In this document: positions 55,936 to 64,000 of the stretch, piece by piece
Numbering within the stretch: position 1 is the first letter of the stretch
Layout: each line of letters begins with the position of its first letter
Assembly: GCF_006345805.1 (NCBI RefSeq)
Contig: NC_043008.1
Coordinates: 43,710,001 to 43,774,000, forward strand
From: Octopus sinensis
Lineage: Eukaryota
Length of the DNA stretch: 64,000 nt
Direction: 5' to 3'
Program-made: the position numbers and the translations under genes
The notes under the pieces: generated by a model
What the model was told of the DNA's origin: nothing
What the model saw: only the letters and a program-made list of their open reading frames with translations
Database searches by the model: none

Positions 55936-56374
55936 CACACACACACATATATATATATATGTGTGTCTTAATTGAATTAAATATAGATATGTGATGTATA
56001 GTAAGAAGACAATTGTCCTATATATATTACAGTAGACAGATGCATATATTTATCATATCAATTGTATCTTTTCCGTGCAAAAGCTCGTGTTCCGGCATTT
56101 GCGGTTATACACCTCTGTGTCGCTCGAGATAAGTCACATCACGACCCTATTGTCAGGAGGTATTTCTGTTTTTGTCAGAAATGGAGACGATTTCTTTGTA
56201 TTTTTATTCCTGGTTTAGAGAATTGTCTGAAGTCTTTTGTCAACTATTCTATATCTTTGTCTAACATCTATTTTTCTCGATATGTTCTTCTCGTCGAGAC
56301 TTATTCTTCTTTTTATTTCGACGCAGACGTAAATCCTTTATCATAAAATATAGTGTGGAGTTACAATCTACATA

Positions 56375-57110
56375 ATCTACGTGTGGTAAGTAGCTTGCTT
56401 ACGAACCACATGTTTCTGGGTTCAGTCCCACTGCGTGGAACCTCGAGCAAGTGTCTTCTAATATATATTTCTTTACTACCCACAAGGGGCTAAACACAGA
56501 GGGGGCAAACAAGGACAGACAAAGGGATTAAGTCGATTCCATCGACCCCAGTGCGTAACTGGTACTTAATTTATCGACCCCGAAAGGATGAAAGGCAAAG
56601 TCGACCTCGGAAGAATTTGAACTCAGAACGTAACTGCAGACGAAATACGGCTACGCATTTCGCCCGGCGTGCTAACGATTATGCCAGCTCGCCGCCTTAA
56701 GCCAGCTCGCCGCCTTAAACCAGCTCGCCGCCTTAAATGTCTTCTAAGTGTCTTCTAATATAGCCTCGGGCCGACCAAAGCCTTGTGAGTGGATTTGGTA
56801 GACGGAAACTGAAAGAAGCCGTCGTATATAGTATATATATATAATATATATATAATATATATATATATGTGTATGTGTGTGTGTGTGTGGTGTGTGTGTG
56901 TGTGTGTGTGTTGTGTGTGTTTGTCTCCCCAACATTGCTTGACAACCGATGCTGGGTGTTTACGTTCCGTAACTTAGCGTTTCAGCAAAAGAGAACGATA
57001 GAATAAGTACTAGGCTTCCAAAGCATAAGTCCTGGGGTCGATTTGCTCGACTTAAGGCAGTACTCTAGCATGGCCACAGTCAAATGACTGAAACAAGTAT
57101 AAGAGAGTAA
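56375..57110 (+). mobile_element. CORE-type SINE family B interrupted by a family A SINE
   Basis: Head gtgtggtaagtagcttgcttacgaacc...caagtgtcttcta, resumes at tagcctcgggccgacc; tail to catggccacagtcaaatgactgaaac. Confidence 0.9.
56466..56736 (-). mobile_element. Young family A SINE with 16-bp TSD and triplicated 5' end
   Basis: agtgtcttctaatata at 56450-56465 and 56747-56762; (g/a)ccagctcgccgccttaa three times at 56683-56736. Confidence 0.92.
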
Positions 57111-57440
57111 AAAAAAGAGAATATATAGATTTACACACACACAAACATATCTATACACACACATCACACACAGACATATATGTGTGAATGTGTGTGTGTG
57201 TGTGTTGTGTGTGTGTATGCATGTATATGTATTTGATATAGGAATGGTATTCTCAGTGACTTCAATGATTGGTCGGTGGTGATTATTCAAACATCAGAAG
57301 AGAAAAGCAGAAGAGGATTGACAAAACCAACGCAAACAAGTTGATGGAAATATTAGTCAACGCATGTATTGCGTCCTTGATCTTGACAGCCATTAAAATT
57401 TGAAAGCATTTATCTGTAAATGTGGTTATGCACACACACT

Positions 57441-57472
<32 letters not shown>

Positions 57473-57747
57473 CATGCATGTGTGCATATGTGCGAAAACA
57501 TATATACGTATATATACATATGTTTTAATATAGATGAAAGTTCATAGATTAATATACATATATGTATATATAAATATATATATGTATGTCGGTGCATTAA
57601 CATGGATTTATGTGCGTGTATGCATACATAATATATATATATACATACATAAATATATACATACATAGCTTAAATTGTTCAAACAGGATAACATGAATAT
57701 CTGTCTCTGTGTTTTTATCACCCACTCTCTTTATATATAACAACACA

Positions 57748-57792
<45 letters not shown>

Positions 57793-57805
57793 TATATATA
57801 TATAT

Positions 57806-57837
<32 letters not shown>

Positions 57838-57892
57838 GTATATATAATTTTGCTTTCAACTGGTAGAAGTTAAAAAATGATAGAAGACCGAT

Positions 57893-57926
<34 letters not shown>

Positions 57927-59016
57927 AGTATATGATAGTATGTATGTATGTGTTATATCTATGATATTCTATATATATATATGTATATATATGTATGTAT
58001 ATATGTATGTGTGTGTGTTTGTGTGCGTGTGTGTATGTGTGTGTGTATGTATGTGTTTCTGTGTGCAGACAAATGATATACACTGACTCAATTACAAAAT
58101 AGTAAAAAAGTATATTCACTTCACATACAAGATGTCCTCTTCACCTGTGTATGCCTGCTCACACATACACTCACACACACATGCTCACACACACACACAC
58201 GCACATACACACACATACATATGCATATATAACATACTGGACTATCTTATTGACAAACAATACGCAACGCCCACCAGAGTTTGTTTCATCTTAACGAAAA
58301 ACTTGAAAATCTCGGGAAATACATCAATTGTTGCCTGACACGTTATGCATTAAATCGGAGACAGACGCCCACGTAGATTGTATTTGTCAGTGAATCTCGT
58401 CCAGCGAAATATGGCGCTAGAATTGCGTGTCTTCATATCTCCCTCTATCCCAGTCACTGCTGTCTCTTATTTCTTACTCTGTCTCTCTGTCTGCCTGTCT
58501 CTCTGTCGTTTGATTTGTGTAACCCAAGCAGCATTATATATATTGTCTTTGTCGCTTTTCTCATTAATTTCGATACACCTTTGATTTGAAGCTCTCGTAA
58601 TGGCTGCCGAAATTTGTCAGGACCGGACTGGAGAAAGTGAGAAGGATATTTCAGCTCTAATTTATAACAAACAATAGCTTTGATAATTCTCTCTTCGAAG
58701 AATCTATGGAAAATGTATGTGTATATGTATGCGTGCATGTATGTATATATATAGACATGTAAATACACACAGACACGCGTACACACACACACACCACACG
58801 CACACACATATATGGATAATGCATTTGTAGTTATATATCAACATACGTATGTAATGTCAGTGAGTACAGGCATATAATATATAATCACATACATACATAT
58901 ATGCTTGTGTCTGTCTGTCTGTATGTATGTCTTTTCATGACTAAAATTTATCGACCACAAACTGATGCGTAAATACACACACAAACACATACAGACACAA
59001 ACAACACAACAACACA

Positions 59017-59092
<76 letters not shown>

Positions 59093-59157
59093 CACAGTAC
59101 TTATTGAGTGAAATCACAATTATTTGTACGTCACGAGTTTCATCAGTTCTATCTGAT

Positions 59158-59208
<51 letters not shown>

Positions 59209-59664
59209 CGATAGAGAGATAGCGATAGAGATAGATAGAGTGAGACAGAGAGAGATAGATTGAGAGAGATAGAGAGATAGAAGTAGAGATAGAAGTAGAG
59301 ATAGACAGAGAGAGAGAGATAGAGAGAGATAGAGTTAGAGTGAGAGATCTTTGAAACGAATGGGGAATATATTTCATGTAGAAACATTTTCAATTAAAGA
59401 GGAGAACCTTGTCGTTTATTTTCTTCTTTACAGCAACCTGTTTTTGTTTTCTTTTTGGTTTTTCCTTCACAAAATGCTAAATCCAGCTAACATATTGTAA
59501 ATCGTTTTAGACTTCCTTCTACATATTTTAGGAAACGGTATGCATGCTTTACTCGAACCCGGTGTACCATCTTGTTAAATATAGCAGCAACAGATCTGTT
59601 TCATCACACACCTTGTTTTCTTAAAAATGGCTGAAGACATAATCCAGTAATAGAGATTTCAAAT

Positions 59665-59855
59665 TTTGGAACAAGGCCGGCAATTTCGGGGACGGGGTAA
59701 GTCAAATAGATCAAACTTAGTGCTCGACTGATAGTTATTTTATCGACCAAGATAAAAAGGCAAGATCGAGCCCAGAGAAATTTGAATTTCAGAACGTAAA
59801 GTTCGATGAAATACTGTAAGCAGCCGTTCTAATTATCCTACCATCCCGCTGCCTT
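59665..59855 (-). mobile_element. tRNA-derived SINE, family A (diverged)
   Basis: acaaggccggcaatttcgggg...tttatcgacc...aaatttgaatttcagaacgtaaag...cccgctgcctta. Confidence 0.75.
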
Positions 59856-60069
59856 ATATTCAGGTTATTGTAGTCTTGGATACATTAAGCTTTAATCTTA
59901 CCTCTTCAGAATTGCTATAGAATGGCCACTAAATATAACGGTGTAACATTATTGGGTATATACCCAGTGGCGTGGTGGACTAGCCAGGTTACCATCATGC
60001 CCGATGTCAAGTGGGCTCCTGCGCCATTAGAATCCATATATGGCGGCCCATGTTAGTATCAAGGTTGAG

Positions 60070-61156
60070 AATCGTTTTATTCGCACCTAGAAGAATGAAT
60101 TAATCATTTCAGCCTGGTTCTGTTTGTAGACAGTTGAAAAGAATCCTTTAAAAAATAAAAGGTGATTACGCATTCTGGATTGGAAGTTCGAGATGCTGAA
60201 CCTTTATAGGTAAAGCTGTTAGCATTAGTTGTTATATTACACTTGCAAACTATATTATTACCTAAACAGTTCCTATTAATCGTACAAGTGTTCGTGTCAC
60301 GACAGTTGCACATTCTAGGTGAAACCAGGTAAGAACTATCACCATTATTATATAAGCTAGATGAAGTATTAAGACTAATAGAATGACTTGAAGATTCAAT
60401 AACAGTACTTCTATGGCTAGCATCATTATTATTGCTAACAGTAGCAGGATGCTCATAGTTTAAATGAACATGCGCAGATGCATGAAATTCAATCACATCA
60501 GATTTATTACAATTTTAGGGCATCAGTATTTGTCTTAATACTTCAAGTTATACTAGTCTTCATACTTCATACAGCTTATATAGCAACGGTGATAGTCCTA
60601 GCCTAGGTGCTCCTAGAATGTGCAACTGTCATGACACAAATACCTGCACGATTAATTGGACCTTTCTCAGTCTTGGCTCCAGTGGTTCTATGTACGCCAG
60701 CTCGATTAAGGCTATCATTATCAACAACAAGGAACTGCATATTGATGACAGTATCAGTAGGTGCGTGGCAGCTATTTGCAACCATAATATACTGCAAAGT
60801 ATATTAAACGATTTGTATGTCAATATTGTTTGTAAAGAATAAACTGTTTTGAATTGCACAACAATGCACTATAATACAAACGATGTAATTTAATCATCCA
60901 TAATCTGATATATTTCGGAATAAAAATTCCTTCTTCAGATATCCCTAGGAATCGATGGAGTTGCTGTTATAATCGGTTTTCCAGCGGCTTTTCTTTTTTC
61001 GGAAGCATCTCAGCAGCGAACACTTGTCCGATTAATAGGAACTGTTTAGTTAATAATATAGTTTGCAAGTGTAATATAACAACTAATGCTAACAGCTTTA
61101 CCTATAAAGGTTCAACATCTCGAAACTTCCAATCCAGAATGCGTAATCAACTTTAA
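60070..61156. mobile_element. Penelope-like GIY-YIG relic in head-to-head inverted arrangement
   Basis: Minus copy: PRMCNCRDTNTCTINRNCLGNNIVCKCNITTNANSFTYKGS. Plus copy is split: PRMCNCHDTNTCTIN (about 60612-60656) and TCPINRNCLVNNIVCKCNITTNANSFTYKGSTSRNFQSRMRNQ (61022-61150). Confidence 0.8.
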
Positions 61157-61159
61157 TCA

Positions 61160-61326
61160 AATGCTTAGCGGTATTTTGTGTGTCTTTACGTTCTGAGTTC
61201 AAATTCCGCCAAGGTTGACGTTGTCTTTCATCCTTTGGAGGTCGATAAATTAAGTACTAGTTGCGTACTGGGGTTGATCTAATCGACTGACACCTCCCCC
61301 AAAATTTCGGGCCTTGTGTCCAGAGC
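61160..61326 (+). mobile_element. Family A SINE, 5' truncated
   Basis: aatgcttagcggtattt...gttctgagttcaaattccgccaaggttgacg...gggccttgtgtc. Confidence 0.88.
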
Positions 61327-61435
61327 ATAAAAAATATATAATATAATCGTGATATAATATGGATTGAACCTCCTCCTTCCATGTCTCATTGTCTCTCCCT
61401 CTCTCTGACCCTATATATATATATATATAATATAT

Positions 61436-61626
61436 ATGACAATTAGTTGGTTGTAATAATAAAACTCAGAGTGTCGGATACCGGGGATGAAGTCTGCTCC
61501 GGCATCTCATCAGTTATTAAGACAAAAGTAGCGTTTTGTCTTAATAACTGATGTGATGCCAGAGCAGACTTCAGTCCCTGTATCCGAAACTCCGAGTTTT
61601 AATAAGACAACCAGCTAATTGTCACA
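61436..61626. ncRNA. Palindrome made of two head-to-head type I hammerhead-like motifs
   Basis: Arms of about 92 bp around loop gtagcg (61528-61533). Minus arm has CUGAUGA (61507-61513) but GACAC; plus arm has CUGAUGU (61548-61554) and GAAAC (61586-61590). Confidence 0.65.
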
Positions 61627-61754
61627 TATTATATTTATAGATAAATTCCTCTATTTTACATAATATCGAGGTCTCATTCGTTCTTTTGTTATATTATTAT
61701 TATTAATATATATATATTTCCTTTTAGGATTTGGTTTGTGTTGAAGCATATTCT

Positions 61755-62010
61755 GTTGTATGTGGGGTGAGTCATCCTCTTTTGGTGCCTTATAATTTAA
61801 CACACTCACCGGTAAAATTTCCACTTATTTCTTTTTTATTTTTCTAAAGTTTCATTGCGTCTTGCAACATTTTCAATATTGAAAAGTTCAAAAATTTTAC
61901 AAGATGCAACGAAAATTTTAGAAGAATAAAAAAGAAATAAGTGGAAATTTTACCGGTGAGTGTGTTAAATTATAAGGCACCAAAAGAGAATGACTCTCCC
62001 CACATACAAC
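61755..62010. mobile_element. Near-perfect fold-back element, arms about 110 bp
   Basis: gttgtatgtgggg...tttggtgccttataatttaacacactcaccggtaaaatttccacttatttc is inverted at 61930-62010; centre ttttcaatattgaaaa (61870-61885). Confidence 0.92.
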
Positions 62011-62529
62011 ATAATAATTATATATATGTATATATAATTTATATAGATCTTTATATTATACTCTCTAATTCCCCTACGGGACATATGATTTCATAAACCC
62101 ACTATATGTCAATATATTTTATATTTCTCAATTTATTTTGACCCTTAATGTTATATATTCACATTCTTTTTATATTCTTCTATATTCTAAATTCTTATAA
62201 TTTTAGTACGTTGCTATTTACATAAATGGTTTTATAACTCCTTGCTTCTTTTCCAAATTACCTTGTTTTTATAGTATGCAGCTGAGTATACAAATTCTTT
62301 TATATATATATATTATATATAGTTTTATTGCCCCTACATTATATTATATTATATTTTATGCAATTAAACATTTATTCTTACGAGTGTTTATGTATATAAG
62401 TCTGTATGCAAGTGTATATGTAGGTGTGTGTGTATATACTCCATGTAGACGAACTATTTATGTACGTGTGTATGTGTATATAGGTACGTTCGTGTATGTA
62501 TATGTATATTAATGTATATGTATATATGT

Positions 62530-62583
<54 letters not shown>

Positions 62584-63194
62584 CGGTCTGTTGTTTGTCC
62601 TTCTGTCCGTATATCTATCTAACTTTATATATATATGGCGGTGCTCCTGCATGGCCGCAGTCAAATGACAGAAATAACTAAAAGAGTAAAGGAGTATATC
62701 CAAGTATATATGTATATATGGAGATGCATATATATGTGTATGTATGTATATATATATGTGTGGTGCATGTGTGTGTAAATAAAGAATGTATACATATATG
62801 ATATATAACATATATATATATATAGGATGATCACGTTAGTGGAGAGTAGTGAGCAGAAATCAAGGTAAGTGATTATATATGACATATAGGTAATAATATA
62901 TATATGTAATATATATATTAATATATATATAATTAGTAATTTTATATGTTATATATATACCATATATATATAATTATTAATTTAATATATATATATCTAT
63001 ATTTATGTAATTTATATACTGAGATTCAAAAATTGCAGACGACAAAGGAACGAACGGAAAATTCACATTCAAGGTTTGGACATGCTCTTACATACACACA
63101 TACACACACAACACACACACAAACACACACACACAGACATAGACATACGCACGCAGACACACACACACAAACACACATACACACACACACACAC

Positions 63195-63233
<39 letters not shown>

Positions 63234-63585
63234 GTATAGTATCCAGACTATACTTTCTGCTCCTTATGGTTAATATAATCTCTTAATACTTTATTTCTGT
63301 CAAAATAGTCTGTTAGTCATTGCTCGAAGCTTGCCTCATTATCTTACTTCTCACGCTGTATTGTCCCTTTCACCTCAGCCACCTTCTACGAGCTGCTAAT
63401 TCTTGATGTAACACCAACACAATGCTTTAATTCTTGTTCAGGAATCTCCTCATCTATTATGCATATTTAGAAATGTACTTCGATACTCTTTCGAAGATTT
63501 CATTCAAAATCTTTACGTTTGGAGAAAAATACTGAATCCTAGGAAACAGCGTTTATAATACTAATACTACTACTACTACTACTAC

Positions 63586-63647
<62 letters not shown>

Positions 63648-63648
<1 letters not shown>

Positions 63649-64000
63649 GATGGTATAGGCACACACCAGAAAAGGTCACAGAAAACGAGAAAGCAACCAT
63701 ACTCTGGGATATGCCGATACACACAGATAGAGAAATTAAGGCCAACAGACCAAATATAGTTGTTAGAGAACATGAAGAATAAAAATGCTTTCTAATTGAT
63801 GTATCAATACCGGCAGATGACAACGTGTCTCTAAAAGAAATGGAGAAACTATCAAAATACAAAGACCTGGAAATAGAGGTAACCAGAATGTGGAATCTGA
63901 AAACAGAAACAATTCCTATCATAGTAGGTGCATTACGCATGATAAAAAAATATTCAGACAAATACATAACAAAAACACCAGGACTTACAAACACATATAA
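63648..64000 (+). mobile_element. R4/Dong-clade LINE, 5' truncated, RLE endonuclease region, runs off the window
   Basis: RWYRHTPEKVTENEKATILWDMPIHTDREIKANRPNIVVREHEE*KCFLIDVSIPADDNVSLKEMEKLSKYKDLEIEVTRMWNLKTETIPIIVGAL. One stop, catalytic PD reads PN. Starts directly after (AAT)n. Confidence 0.93.

Overview
AT-rich eukaryotic (animal) non-coding DNA saturated with microsatellites and interspersed repeats. The SINE families and repeat landscape look like an Octopus genome (inference from recalled consensus sequences). I recognise no host protein-coding exon, and almost all ORFs in the supplied track are translations of simple repeats. Supported features: at least three tRNA-derived SINE families (about 30 copies), two R4/Dong-type LINE endonuclease fragments, an RTE 3' end, two Penelope-like (PLE) GIY-YIG relics, an internally deleted Tc1/mariner, several fold-back elements, a 20-bp minisatellite of about 71 units, two local duplications and a 100-N gap. 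The most interesting signal is a set of PLE-type minimal hammerhead-ribozyme motifs in three unrelated small repeat families. One is near-canonical (29906-29951). Two form a head-to-head pair next to a PLE relic (61436-61626). A five-copy family has the non-canonical core CUG-U-N-GA. Also notable: a dense STAT-site-like array (41715-42135) and an ETS/CRE/CCAAT/YY1 motif cluster (10150-10250). None of these is functionally tested.
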